63,948 bases of DNA, filler included, from Lama guanicoe (GCA_013239625.1; 210 parts of 210 records of this genome joined end to end with filler, not necessarily neighbours in it), one strand, 5' to 3'. Positions 35,890 to 49,309 are shown, counted from the whole stretch's first letter. A program made the numbers and translations. The notes: generated by a model from the sequence alone, not told the origin.

Positions 35890-38800
35890 NNNNNNNNNNN
35901 NNNNNNNNNNNNNNNNNNNNNNNNNNNNNNNNNTTAATTAATTAANNNNNNNNNNNNNNNNNNNNNNNNNNNNNNNNNNNNNNNNNNNNGGGGACTCAGA
36001 TTACAAAGTAGGTGTGTTTAGTATTTGCATACAAAATATTGCCATTTTCATTTAATATGAAGGATATCAAGGACTGAGACGTTCGCCGTCAAAAAGTGGT
36101 TTGTCAGAAGACAGTTGTAACAGTCAGCTTTCCACTTGCTCTCTGCTTCTATTTTTATCTAGTTTTGTTTTAAAACAATGTCTTTCTTCTTATGNNNNNN
36201 NNNNNNNNNNNNNNNNNNNNNNNNNNNNNNNNNNNNNNTTAATTAATTAANNNNNNNNNNNNNNNNNNNNNNNNNNNNNNNNNNNNNNNNNNNNAATTAA
36301 TGTCTGAGGACACAGATTTGCTTGAACACAGGTCTTCATTTCTCTGGAAAAAGTGCCAAGAAGTGCCAGGGGTTGTGGGGGCCTCTGGTAGGGGTATGTT
36401 TTTCCCGGGGGCTGAGCTGGTTTGCCAGCCCCCAGCGATGCAGAACTGGTTCAGTTTCTCCCTGTCTTGACCAGCATTTGGTATTGCAGTCACTACTTCN
36501 NNNNNNNNNNNNNNNNNNNNNNNNNNNNNNNNNNNNNNNNNNNTTAATTAATTAANNNNNNNNNNNNNNNNNNNNNNNNNNNNNNNNNNNNNNNNNNNNT
36601 GAGGAAATAGCTTTCTTTGCTTTACACATTTCTACACCCAGTTTCTGGGTATATAGTATTTTCTGACATGTAGCAGGTGCTTGAGAAATATTCCTTGACT
36701 GACTGAATGAATGAATGGATAGTACAAGGTGATCTGGGAGGTCCCAGGGCCCCAGCAAGGCAGGGTCTTGTAGGCCATGTTTACAGACTTAGAATGATGG
36801 GGTGNNNNNNNNNNNNNNNNNNNNNNNNNNNNNNNNNNNNNNNNNNNNTTAATTAATTAANNNNNNNNNNNNNNNNNNNNNNNNNNNNNNNNNNNNNNNN
36901 NNNNAGCCACAGAGCAGGAGACACACCTGCCCTTCCTCCCAGGGCTCAGCTTCAGGTAACACACCACGTGGGGTTTGAAGGGCCCGGGGAGGCTCAGACC
37001 CACCCCCACGGCAGCGTTTCCTGCAAATCCACTCACCTGGTGGCCCCTGCAGGTGTGAAAAGTGAAGCAACCTGCTTCCTGCCCCACCGCTGGCCCCGAG
37101 TGCACCGGGNNNNNNNNNNNNNNNNNNNNNNNNNNNNNNNNNNNNNNNNNNNNTTAATTAATTAANNNNNNNNNNNNNNNNNNNNNNNNNNNNNNNNNNN
37201 NNNNNNNNNCTTGTGGAAATCTTTGAAGGACTGAAATACCTGAACCTTATTGGAAGATTCTGTTACTGTCAGACCAGTGAGAGTGAGTGCGACCCTGAAG
37301 AAGCAATGCTGTATGACCATCAAAGCTGAGAGGTAGAAAGAAGACAGAAAGAAATGGGAGAACTCAGGTCACTGGAGGGCCAGATTAGGGCCATCTTTCA
37401 GTGTAGAAATCCCTNNNNNNNNNNNNNNNNNNNNNNNNNNNNNNNNNNNNNNNNNNNNTTAATTAATTAANNNNNNNNNNNNNNNNNNNNNNNNNNNNNN
37501 NNNNNNNNNNNNNNGTTGTTGGTCAGATAATTTGTGACTCCTAATTTTAATTATTAAAAAAAAACTGTGGGAGTATTGTGCAATTGACTTTTGTTTTATG
37601 TGTGCGTATGTATGTATATATATCTAACTCTAAATTTATTATTGTGATCTATTTTCCACAAACTGTATCACAATGATAAATTGAGAGTTACTCAAGGTAA
37701 GTTTCCCTAGAGTAATTTTNNNNNNNNNNNNNNNNNNNNNNNNNNNNNNNNNNNNNNNNNNNNTTAATTAATTAANNNNNNNNNNNNNNNNNNNNNNNNN
37801 NNNNNNNNNNNNNNNNNNNTAAATTCCCCTTCTTTTGGCCAGAGCTCTTTAGCTCTACCCCAGGACTGCAAACACCACTTGGCAAGGCAAAGTACTTTGG
37901 TTCATGTTCCTCACGCCTGCCCTACCTCAGGGAGCTTCATTCAGTTTATTTAGCCAGGGGGTACGTTATAGTGCGCACATGGTTTTATGTCCAGAGTATG
38001 GGACCAATGTATCCTTTTTCTCATNNNNNNNNNNNNNNNNNNNNNNNNNNNNNNNNNNNNNNNNNNNNTTAATTAATTAANNNNNNNNNNNNNNNNNNNN
38101 NNNNNNNNNNNNNNNNNNNNNNNNCTGCATTTTCCAGCAGGGCAAGTTCTCATAGGAAAGGCAGAGGCGCAAGTGAAAATTCCTCAGCTTCCTAGACCTC
38201 TACCCAGAACTGGGACATCACCCTTTCCACCTCACTGGGCCAGCAGAAGCCCAGTCTCGACACGCTCATGTGGCAAATAACAAGGATTCAGGAAGAGAAG
38301 GCAGCTTGGGGCACTGATACAGTCAATCANNNNNNNNNNNNNNNNNNNNNNNNNNNNNNNNNNNNNNNNNNNNTTAATTAATTAANNNNNNNNNNNNNNN
38401 NNNNNNNNNNNNNNNNNNNNNNNNNNNNNTCAAGTTATTGCCTAAAAATTCTATGTAATTTTAAAGGTCTATTGTCTACCAGCACTATATGTAGAATGCA
38501 TATATGTGTGGTTAGTAAACTCAATGCAAGATTGTTCTTGAAAACATTTTCAATTTTTTGTTATTGAACTTGAGACTAGACAAGCATCTTTCCAGTTTGC
38601 AGATCCATCATGCTGCTGAACCTGATCTTTTCATNNNNNNNNNNNNNNNNNNNNNNNNNNNNNNNNNNNNNNNNNNNNTTAATTAATTAANNNNNNNNNN
38701 NNNNNNNNNNNNNNNNNNNNNNNNNNNNNNNNNNGATTCTCTCATCCCTAGTGGGGTCTCCTGGTACCTAGTCTGGTAATCCCCTACAGCGCTGAAACAA

Positions 38801-41479
38801 CATCCAAATAAAGAAGGAAAGTAACTACCGCAGCTGAGGTGTCCAAACCGTTGTCCTTGTTTCCTGGCGCAGTGGTCCGCAGCGTGTATAGCACGCTAAG
38901 GCTTACGGTCCCGGGGACAGGACTGTAAATTTGCTTCAANNNNNNNNNNNNNNNNNNNNNNNNNNNNNNNNNNNNNNNNNNNNTTAATTAATTAANNNNN
39001 NNNNNNNNNNNNNNNNNNNNNNNNNNNNNNNNNNNNNNNATTCACTGATTATCTGCAGAAGAATATGTGTTATAAGAAAAGAAAGTATTTTCTAGTTAGA
39101 CATTATTTGTGAAATAATGGAAAAATAAAGCAGGCTCTAATTTTAGCACTGATGGCCAAGGAACTCTGGATATTTTAATTTCAATGAAGAGGAAGTGTGT
39201 TTTTATTAAAAATATTTGAAATTCCAGTTATGTAAGTGTATTGCNNNNNNNNNNNNNNNNNNNNNNNNNNNNNNNNNNNNNNNNNNNNTTAATTAATTAA
39301 NNNNNNNNNNNNNNNNNNNNNNNNNNNNNNNNNNNNNNNNNNNNGTATCTGCTTAATTGTGGCCACTAGAAATGCTGTCCATGCAATAGATGAGACATCT
39401 TTTGTAATCTCTGCCTTTTCTCTTCTCTGATACCTACATATGCACTGTCTCCAAATTGGATCAATGCCATTTTTGAAATCGTCTTGAATTGAGCGCTTTT
39501 GTTTTGGTCCCCAATCTGACTGCTCCCACCAGGCCAGCCTCCTTTCTTANNNNNNNNNNNNNNNNNNNNNNNNNNNNNNNNNNNNNNNNNNNNTTAATTA
39601 ATTAANNNNNNNNNNNNNNNNNNNNNNNNNNNNNNNNNNNNNNNNNNNNGGCTGTTCTCCATAGAAACAAGCTTGAAGAGAATTTGGGATGAAGGCAGCC
39701 AGTGCCTCTGCTTGCAGGAAATGTGCAAGACACATGGAGAACTGCCTGGCAGGTAAAACTCATTCTGCGATGTTGGCAGAAGTTCAGGATTCAATGTTGG
39801 CCCTGCCAGCCCAGAGCTTCCTGTTCTTGGGGAGAAAAGATGAAAAACATAAAGNNNNNNNNNNNNNNNNNNNNNNNNNNNNNNNNNNNNNNNNNNNNTT
39901 AATTAATTAANNNNNNNNNNNNNNNNNNNNNNNNNNNNNNNNNNNNNNNNNNNNAACCTGGACTCACAGATATACAGTAGATAGAATCCCCCCATCTGAC
40001 ACATAGATGTGTGATAAAAAGTAAAACGGTGTTTTAAGTCATAAATCTTTGGGGTGGTTTGTTACACAGCATATTTGGAGTAGTCTGACCAGCTGCAGAC
40101 CCAGTCGCATTTAAAGAACACACAGTTGTGGTAGTCACAACCTGTATAGTTAACAGGATNNNNNNNNNNNNNNNNNNNNNNNNNNNNNNNNNNNNNNNNN
40201 NNNTTAATTAATTAANNNNNNNNNNNNNNNNNNNNNNNNNNNNNNNNNNNNNNNNNNNNAACCTGGACTCACAGATATACAGTAGATAGAATCCCCCCAT
40301 CTGACACACAGATGTGTGATAAAAAGTAAATTGCTGTTTTAAGTCACAAATCTTTGGGGTGGTTTGTTACACAGCATATTTGGAGCAGTCTGACCAGCTG
40401 CAGACCCAGTCGCAATTAAAGAACACACAGTTGTGGTAGTCACAACCTGTATAGTTAACAGGATNNNNNNNNNNNNNNNNNNNNNNNNNNNNNNNNNNNN
40501 NNNNNNNNTTAATTAATTAANNNNNNNNNNNNNNNNNNNNNNNNNNNNNNNNNNNNNNNNNNNNCTCCTTGAATTAGATGATTCCTAGAAGCCTAGAGTT
40601 TACTGGGAAAGACTGACAAACTAGCACGGGAAGCCGTGGGCCTAACTTCAGCAGGTAGGAGGGGACGAGGGAGCACCCGGGTGTAAAGTGCACGAGCGTG
40701 AATGGGACAGACTCGGGAAGAGGGAGCAGCTCGTCTGACCTGGAAATGGTAGACAACAAAGCAGGAGGTNNNNNNNNNNNNNNNNNNNNNNNNNNNNNNN
40801 NNNNNNNNNNNNNTTAATTAATTAANNNNNNNNNNNNNNNNNNNNNNNNNNNNNNNNNNNNNNNNNNNNGCTGAAATGGCATTACTTAAAGCCAGCCCTG
40901 AAGAAAGCAGCACACTCAGCCACACACGTCTGGTGTCCTATTGGGTGTCTGGCTTCTCAACCACACCTACAAGTAGAGGAAAGACTCAACTCGAAGGGAA
41001 AGACGGAAGGACAAAGAGTTACCCACCATGTACTCGGAACATCAAAGCTCATCTAGAATTTCCCTTGAATCAGGNNNNNNNNNNNNNNNNNNNNNNNNNN
41101 NNNNNNNNNNNNNNNNNNTTAATTAATTAANNNNNNNNNNNNNNNNNNNNNNNNNNNNNNNNNNNNNNNNNNNNTTCCTTGTCTCTCCCCACCCACCACT
41201 GCTTGCTTGCTCTCCCTCTCCCCCACCCCAGATGTTTATTAGGGTGAATTTTGAGCCATTCTGCAGAAGATGAAATAGCAGAACACCAAACACCAAACTT
41301 GACCAACTCATGGCCAATCTGGCCCTATTCTTACCTTGATTATCTTTCTCTCTCATATATTTTTTGAAGTAAATCCAAGNNNNNNNNNNNNNNNNNNNNN
41401 NNNNNNNNNNNNNNNNNNNNNNNTTAATTAATTAANNNNNNNNNNNNNNNNNNNNNNNNNNNNNNNNNNNNNNNNNNNN

Positions 41480-41684
41480 CCGTCCTTCATCCATCTTGGT
41501 GGGAACAAATTTTCTCTTCAGTTGCAAACACCAATATATTCCTATATAAGGGGAGATATAAGCTCCAACTCGTACTTACAATGAAAATTGCAGGAACTTA
41601 AAACCGCCACTAGGAAACAGACTCAGAATCCAGAGTAAGTGTTTCTTATGCAAATTGTTCCATTTGTGCTAGATGAGCGAACGT
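41480..41684. repeat. ~250-bp satellite family, copy 1
   Basis: Aligns collinearly with 57035-57238 and 42395-42599, and with the reverse complement of 63134-63338 (core tcttcagttgcaaac..tatata.gggag..ccaactcg..ttaca.tgaaaa). Confidence 0.85.
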
Positions 41685-41784
41685 NNNNNNNNNNNNNNNN
41701 NNNNNNNNNNNNNNNNNNNNNNNNNNNNTTAATTAATTAANNNNNNNNNNNNNNNNNNNNNNNNNNNNNNNNNNNNNNNNNNNN

Positions 41785-41989
41785 TTTTTCTCTTATTTAG
41801 TGGGTTGTCTCTTCACTTTCTTGATGGAGTCCTTTAAAGCACAATAGTTTTTCATTTTGATGATGCCTAGTTTATTTTTTCTTTTATCACTTGTGCTTTT
41901 GGTGTCATATCAAAGAAACCATTGTCTACTCCAGGGCCACAAAGATTTACTCTTGTTTTCTTCTAAGAATTTTACTGATTTAACTCATA
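41785..41989 (-). mobile_element. L1M ORF2 fragment
   Basis: gggttgtctcttcactttcttgatgg..ttgtgcttttggtgtcatatcaaagaaaccattg..ttttcttctaagaatttta. Confidence 0.85.
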
Positions 41990-42089
41990 NNNNNNNNNNN
42001 NNNNNNNNNNNNNNNNNNNNNNNNNNNNNNNNNTTAATTAATTAANNNNNNNNNNNNNNNNNNNNNNNNNNNNNNNNNNNNNNNNNNNN

Positions 42090-42251
42090 GCTATACACCA
42101 CAGATTGATACATTGTAAATGGCATATTTCAAAGATAAGTAAATGAATAAATATGTAAATAAATAAATAAATAAAATAATATTTATTATTAAATAAATAA
42201 ATTATTAAATAAATTATTAAATTATTATTATTATTATTATTAAATTATTAA

Positions 42252-42289
<38 letters not shown>

Positions 42290-42294
42290 ATTAT
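42090..42294 (+). repeat. L1 3' tail grading into (TAAA)n and (ATT)n microsatellite
   Basis: gctatacaccacagattgatacattgtaa.. followed by taaataaataaa and long attattatt runs. Confidence 0.85.
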
Positions 42295-42394
42295 NNNNNN
42301 NNNNNNNNNNNNNNNNNNNNNNNNNNNNNNNNNNNNNNTTAATTAATTAANNNNNNNNNNNNNNNNNNNNNNNNNNNNNNNNNNNNNNNNNNNN

Positions 42395-42599
42395 TTGTGC
42401 TCAATGAGTGACCGTCTCTCCATATGCTCAACTCTGACAGATAAGTGTGTGAAAGCCGAAATTCACCCATCTTCCTGGCAAATCAATGTTTCTTTTCAGT
42501 TTGGAACTACACTACGTACATAAATATCGTTAGGAAGTACCACCAACTCTGCTTTACAATGAAAACCCTTGGAAGTTAAAACTGGCTCTAAGAAACACC
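42395..42599. repeat. ~250-bp satellite family, copy 2 (most diverged)
   Basis: ttgtgct..tctctccatatgctca..agataagtgtgtgaa..ttcaccca..ttcttttcagtt..tttacaatgaaaac, collinear with 57035-57238. Confidence 0.8.
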
Positions 42600-43979
42600 N
42601 NNNNNNNNNNNNNNNNNNNNNNNNNNNNNNNNNNNNNNNNNNNTTAATTAATTAANNNNNNNNNNNNNNNNNNNNNNNNNNNNNNNNNNNNNNNNNNNNT
42701 GTGCGATTGTCCCACCTTCCGCCTAAATTGTCTCCCCGTCCATGCATCATTTGGGGACCATTTCTTCATGTCAGGCCTGTACATGATCTCATTGATTCTT
42801 GACAACAGTTTCTGATGAGGAGCTGGGGTCAAGTGACCCGCCCAGACATACAGCTGGTGAGCGGAACACCCAGGCCTGTGGACTCGGAGTCCCAGACCCG
42901 TGCTNNNNNNNNNNNNNNNNNNNNNNNNNNNNNNNNNNNNNNNNNNNNTTAATTAATTAANNNNNNNNNNNNNNNNNNNNNNNNNNNNNNNNNNNNNNNN
43001 NNNNTCCATAGGAACTTTAGATTTTTGCACTGAGGGCATTGGGAAGCCTTTGGAGGGTCTTGAACAGAGAAGTAACATGATCTAATTTATATTTTTAAAA
43101 ATACATTTTTATTGAAGTATAGTCAGTTTACAATGTATCAATTTCTGATGTACATTTTAAAAGTATGAATCTCCATGTATGACTGAAGCATTGTGCTGTA
43201 CACCAGAAANNNNNNNNNNNNNNNNNNNNNNNNNNNNNNNNNNNNNNNNNNNNTTAATTAATTAANNNNNNNNNNNNNNNNNNNNNNNNNNNNNNNNNNN
43301 NNNNNNNNNTGTGTCAATTTCTGGTGTACAGCACAATGTCCCAGTCATGCAAGGAAGTTAACATTTCTCATGCTGAAATAACCTTTTCCTGTTCAACAAA
43401 TGGTATGCTTAGAATTGTAGGTATACCTTGAAAAAGCAAATACAACTTGGCTCCTAAACGGAAATAGAAGGTATAAAAATGGAAGCACAGTGGGCCTGCT
43501 ATATGATTTTCCCCNNNNNNNNNNNNNNNNNNNNNNNNNNNNNNNNNNNNNNNNNNNNTTAATTAATTAANNNNNNNNNNNNNNNNNNNNNNNNNNNNNN
43601 NNNNNNNNNNNNNNCAATAAGAACATTGGTACCATGGACGATGCGACATGTTCAAAGTGAAAATGGAAAAAATAGTCTCATAAATGATGAAAGACATGAA
43701 ACTTCAGACGTAAGAAGGCAATCTAGAGCAAGCCATACGGTGATAAAGAACCCCATGGCTATAGGCACAAGGCACTAAAACTTCAGCCCACGAAGACAAT
43801 CAGAAAAAAGATCAAAAGCNNNNNNNNNNNNNNNNNNNNNNNNNNNNNNNNNNNNNNNNNNNNTTAATTAATTAANNNNNNNNNNNNNNNNNNNNNNNNN
43901 NNNNNNNNNNNNNNNNNNNAGAAAATAGATTTCAGGTACAATATGATTTACCCTGAGTTAAAAACAGCCCTCTATATAT

Positions 43980-44124
43980 CCAGAGGAAACTAATTCAAAA
44001 AGATACATACACCACAATGTTCACAGCAGCACTATCTGTAACAGCGAAGACATGAAAACAACCTAAATGTCCACTGATAACTGGATAAAGAAGATGTAGC
44101 ATATACCTACAATGGAATACTACT
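43980..44124 (+). mobile_element. LINE-1 ORF2 3' end
   Basis: ctaattcaaaaagatacat..caatgttcacagcagcacta..aacaacctaaatgtcca..tggataaagaagatgt..acaatggaatactact. Confidence 0.9.
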
Positions 44125-45749
44125 NNNNNNNNNNNNNNNNNNNNNNNNNNNNNNNNNNNNNNNNNNNNTTAATTAATTAANNNNNNNNNNNNNNNNNNNN
44201 NNNNNNNNNNNNNNNNNNNNNNNNGAGCCAAGGTTGGTTTGGAGAGTTTGGAAAGGAGACGTGTGAGAAGGTTATAAATTCTAAGTTTGATCTTCTCAAT
44301 AGAAGTTGGACTAGTCACAATTTCTATTTTTCTCTTTTTGGTAAGGTATTTTTTTTTGAGGAATGTGTTCCTTTAATCAGCATTTTCAAATGTATTAGCA
44401 TAAAGTTGTTCATAATTCCTGTTTAATTTNNNNNNNNNNNNNNNNNNNNNNNNNNNNNNNNNNNNNNNNNNNNTTAATTAATTAANNNNNNNNNNNNNNN
44501 NNNNNNNNNNNNNNNNNNNNNNNNNNNNNTAGTGAGATCGCGACTCTTCGGCCAACACTAGGGTAAGTTTCCTTGTGAAGACTGAGGCTGCTTTGCCCCT
44601 ATCTGGGGACTCCCTAAGGCAGGGGAGTCCCCAGTTTGATGAGGCCCTCTCCCTGAGAGAGTTTCCATCTGACAGGTGCCAAATAAGCGGTCAAGGGGTT
44701 AGTGAAACTAGGAAGCTGTTGTTTGACTTTGAGTNNNNNNNNNNNNNNNNNNNNNNNNNNNNNNNNNNNNNNNNNNNNTTAATTAATTAANNNNNNNNNN
44801 NNNNNNNNNNNNNNNNNNNNNNNNNNNNNNNNNNCTATTTTTTTTCCTCTAAAGAATTCCATAGGTTTAGAAAAAGACTTTGTATCTTTCTCTCTCTTTC
44901 CTTCAGAGTATTCATGAATATTTGTAACAAAGACAACAGATTTAGTAGGTTCAAAAATCTGAAATAATTTTCTGAGTTTCTGTGTGTGTGTCTTCCTGCT
45001 CGATTTTTCGCCAGTGTATTTTAATTTTAGTTCATATCANNNNNNNNNNNNNNNNNNNNNNNNNNNNNNNNNNNNNNNNNNNNTTAATTAATTAANNNNN
45101 NNNNNNNNNNNNNNNNNNNNNNNNNNNNNNNNNNNNNNNTTTACACATTATGTATACCCAGTACATATACAAAAATTGGTAAAGTACAGATACAGTAAAT
45201 ATTTGGTTATTAAAGAACCAGACAAATAAAACTTTTTCAGGAATTCTTTTGTGTTTAATATCATTATTATTTAATGACTTGAGAAATTGTCGGGTGCTAA
45301 CTCCCTATCTTCTTTTAGAAATGAATAACTCTTCCTTTAAGCCANNNNNNNNNNNNNNNNNNNNNNNNNNNNNNNNNNNNNNNNNNNNTTAATTAATTAA
45401 NNNNNNNNNNNNNNNNNNNNNNNNNNNNNNNNNNNNNNNNNNNNTAACAGTGGGATTGCTGGGTCAGAGAGAATACACTTTGAAATGTTCACCTGCAGTA
45501 CCAGTGTTCCTCCCAAATGTCTGCCCCAGCTCACACTCACTACAGGGGATGACGGTGCATTTACCTCTCCATCCTTGCCTACAACGTGACAGGGCTCTTC
45601 CTTTTGTTATTTTGTTCATCTGATGAGCAAAAATGAGGACAAATATGTTNNNNNNNNNNNNNNNNNNNNNNNNNNNNNNNNNNNNNNNNNNNNTTAATTA
45701 ATTAANNNNNNNNNNNNNNNNNNNNNNNNNNNNNNNNNNNNNNNNNNNN

Positions 45750-45954
45750 TAATACCAGTTTTACTTCATTCAATCTAACTTGAATAAATTTTTTTCTTCT
45801 CTGACTGCTGTTGCTAGGACTTCCCATAATGTGCTTAATAGAAATAGTGAGATTGGGCATCCTTGTCTTATTCCTTAATTTGGTTTTCAGTTTTTCACTC
45901 TTGCGTATTATGTTGTCTGTGAATCTGTAATTAATGACTTTAGTTATGTTGAGA
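45750..45954 (-). mobile_element. LINE-1 ORF2 RT-region fragment
   Basis: gctaggacttcc..agtgagattgggcatccttgtcttattcct is antisense to the xRQGCP motif region. Confidence 0.8.
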
Positions 45955-48200
45955 NNNNNNNNNNNNNNNNNNNNNNNNNNNNNNNNNNNNNNNNNNNNTT
46001 AATTAATTAANNNNNNNNNNNNNNNNNNNNNNNNNNNNNNNNNNNNNNNNNNNNAAACGTTTTCCCTGATTGCCTTGGAGGTGTCTGATAACAAAGAAAG
46101 ATCGGAGACAGTAAGAGTGCAGAGCACACCGGGAGCTTCTGTGGCATCTGCATGGATCCTCCCAGAAGAAGTAGCTAAGGGGGTAGAGGGAGTAGCTGTA
46201 GGTTAGAAGCGAGGTCTTGCACAATTACAGATAGAAGTTATTAATAACTTTGAGCACTGNNNNNNNNNNNNNNNNNNNNNNNNNNNNNNNNNNNNNNNNN
46301 NNNTTAATTAATTAANNNNNNNNNNNNNNNNNNNNNNNNNNNNNNNNNNNNNNNNNNNNATGAAAACTAAATATGCCAAAGTTGAGGAGTCCTCATTTCC
46401 ACCATTAGTAATCTTGAAGGATGAACTCTACATGTCAAGAAGTCACCAAGGAAAATCTGAGTTTTGAAGACCTGGTCACCACAGAATATATGTAATTATA
46501 GATTTAAGCCAGTGTGTCATGGGCCCTGCTTTCGGGGCATGCTGGATGGGCCCTGGGACCTCTGNNNNNNNNNNNNNNNNNNNNNNNNNNNNNNNNNNNN
46601 NNNNNNNNTTAATTAATTAANNNNNNNNNNNNNNNNNNNNNNNNNNNNNNNNNNNNNNNNNNNNGACCCTGAAACCCCGATCCTAGGTCCTTACAACCCG
46701 CGGAGACTGAGGAGCCGCCCCCTTTCTCTGGGCCAGGACGGCGGCCGCTGAACCCAGGAGGCTGGGCTTCCACCTCGGAAGAGGATTTAGCTCAGAAGAG
46801 GATTTTCAGACTTGTCTCCTTCACCCACCTTCCTAGCACCACTGATACATAGCTGCACCAGGGCTCTCCNNNNNNNNNNNNNNNNNNNNNNNNNNNNNNN
46901 NNNNNNNNNNNNNTTAATTAATTAANNNNNNNNNNNNNNNNNNNNNNNNNNNNNNNNNNNNNNNNNNNNCGGGCTGTAACAAAGTGAAAGCAAATCGAAG
47001 CTCGCGTGCTGGCGAAGCACACTGCGGTAACTGAAAATGAGCACCACTCAACACGTGTCCCTTCTCCATTGCCTCAAGTACATGGGCCCTTACCCCTAGT
47101 AGCTTAGAATCGGAAATAATATGGAGATCAGAGAATTTTTTTCAAAAAACGTTTAAGGAAAGAGTATGTCACACNNNNNNNNNNNNNNNNNNNNNNNNNN
47201 NNNNNNNNNNNNNNNNNNTTAATTAATTAANNNNNNNNNNNNNNNNNNNNNNNNNNNNNNNNNNNNNNNNNNNNTTTCCTTGAGCTCAACAAAGGTATTT
47301 TAGGTTAATGCTCAGGCACAGGATGCCGGTTCCCAGAGAGGGGACTTCCATTATGTATACTTTAAGCTATAGGCGACCTCCCTTTAGTGATTAACTTGTA
47401 GCAAAAGCAATAGAGCACAAAAGTGAAAGGAAGAGAAGCAGACCCACTGTGAAGTCAGAGCTGTTCTTCCCGATCACTGNNNNNNNNNNNNNNNNNNNNN
47501 NNNNNNNNNNNNNNNNNNNNNNNTTAATTAATTAANNNNNNNNNNNNNNNNNNNNNNNNNNNNNNNNNNNNNNNNNNNNGGCATTTTTTATGATGACTAA
47601 GCTGTATAAGTACAGGGAGGAAAAAAAATGAATATATTTTGGTCTACATAAGCCAGAGAGACTGACATTTCTAATATCATAAAGGTGATGTACAAATATT
47701 TTATGAAAACGCTTTCTAGATAGTGATGCTTTTTGGATTGTTCTCTCTGTGTCTTCTCTCTCCAAACGTGTAGATAATTGAGAGNNNNNNNNNNNNNNNN
47801 NNNNNNNNNNNNNNNNNNNNNNNNNNNNTTAATTAATTAANNNNNNNNNNNNNNNNNNNNNNNNNNNNNNNNNNNNNNNNNNNNAGATAATGAAGACACG
47901 GAGCTTTCACTGCTGTTTTTCGCCGTGGTTTCCTATGCTTTCATTGAGTTGTTTCCCTTTCTGGCCCTTAAGATTTATTTCTCTAAAATAAGATACTTTT
48001 TACTTTGTATTTGTTGACAAATAAACATGAAAACAAAATATAATTTTTCTTTGGATGAAGACACATTGTAAATCTCTGCGATCTCAGAGNNNNNNNNNNN
48101 NNNNNNNNNNNNNNNNNNNNNNNNNNNNNNNNNTTAATTAATTAANNNNNNNNNNNNNNNNNNNNNNNNNNNNNNNNNNNNNNNNNNNNCAGCTGTGTTA

Positions 48201-48391
48201 AGGCCCAGGAGGGAGCAGGCCCAGGAGTGTGCTGGCCCAGGAGTGTGTAGGCACAGGAGGGAACAGTCCCAGGAGTGTGCAACGCAGGAGTGTGCAGGCC
48301 CCAGAGTATGCAGGTCCAGGAGAGGGCCGGCCGAATTGTGGGCAGGCCCAGGAGAGGGCAGGTCCAGGAGTGTGCAGGCCCAAGACAGTGC
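48201..48391 (+). repeat. GC-rich minisatellite, 16-bp unit AGGCCCAGGAGTGTGC, 12 copies
   Basis: Eleven 16-mers and one 15-mer parsed by eye; the short ORFs here are by-products of the repeat. Confidence 0.92.
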
Positions 48392-49104
48392 AGANNNNNN
48401 NNNNNNNNNNNNNNNNNNNNNNNNNNNNNNNNNNNNNNTTAATTAATTAANNNNNNNNNNNNNNNNNNNNNNNNNNNNNNNNNNNNNNNNNNNNCTTCAG
48501 GGAAATTTCAATATAAAATAATCAGTAGTGTGCTGGTGAAACCCGTGCATCTTAGAGCCACATTTGTCCTACAAGCCACAGTTTGATAGCTCCTAGCTAT
48601 TTCTTCCATCAATCCGTCAACCTGACAATCAGGTTTTTTGTAATAATTTCAAGAAATATCCAGTATTTCTTGAATAATTTTCAGGCACGTGATTCTGGAN
48701 NNNNNNNNNNNNNNNNNNNNNNNNNNNNNNNNNNNNNNNNNNNTTAATTAATTAANNNNNNNNNNNNNNNNNNNNNNNNNNNNNNNNNNNNNNNNNNNNC
48801 TTTTCTCCAGTCATTGTTTACTAGTTTGCTTGGGGAGAAGAATCACCCATGCCTTTGTCCCCTCCCCTACTCAATTCCTCCAAGAACTTTACATATCAGT
48901 CTTAGAACCTGGAGAAACCTGCGTGTCCCCTTTCCAAAAGGCACCCCCAACATCTTCCTTAACAATTTATTCTTGGGGACCTTTTAATTAAAGGCTGTAG
49001 TGGANNNNNNNNNNNNNNNNNNNNNNNNNNNNNNNNNNNNNNNNNNNNTTAATTAATTAANNNNNNNNNNNNNNNNNNNNNNNNNNNNNNNNNNNNNNNN
49101 NNNN

Positions 49105-49309
49105 CGACCGGCCGCGGCCCCCGCGACGCCCGCCTTCCGCGCCCTCCGGCCGCCGGCCCGGCCCCCGCGGGCGTGCGGAGCGTGGGAAGTTCCCGGGGCC
49201 GCCCCCGTCCCCGGGCTGCAGCGCCGCGAGGTCCCCGCGCAGCTCACCTCGCCCCGCCACGAGCGGCGGCGCGGGCCGGACAGCTCCTGCTCGGACAGCT
49301 GGGCGCGGC
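49105..49309 (-). promoter_or_regulatory. Extreme-GC CpG-island fragment with minus-strand splice donor
   Basis: Very dense CpG; GAG|GTGAGC donor on minus strand (plus-strand ctcac at 49243-49247). Confidence 0.55.
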
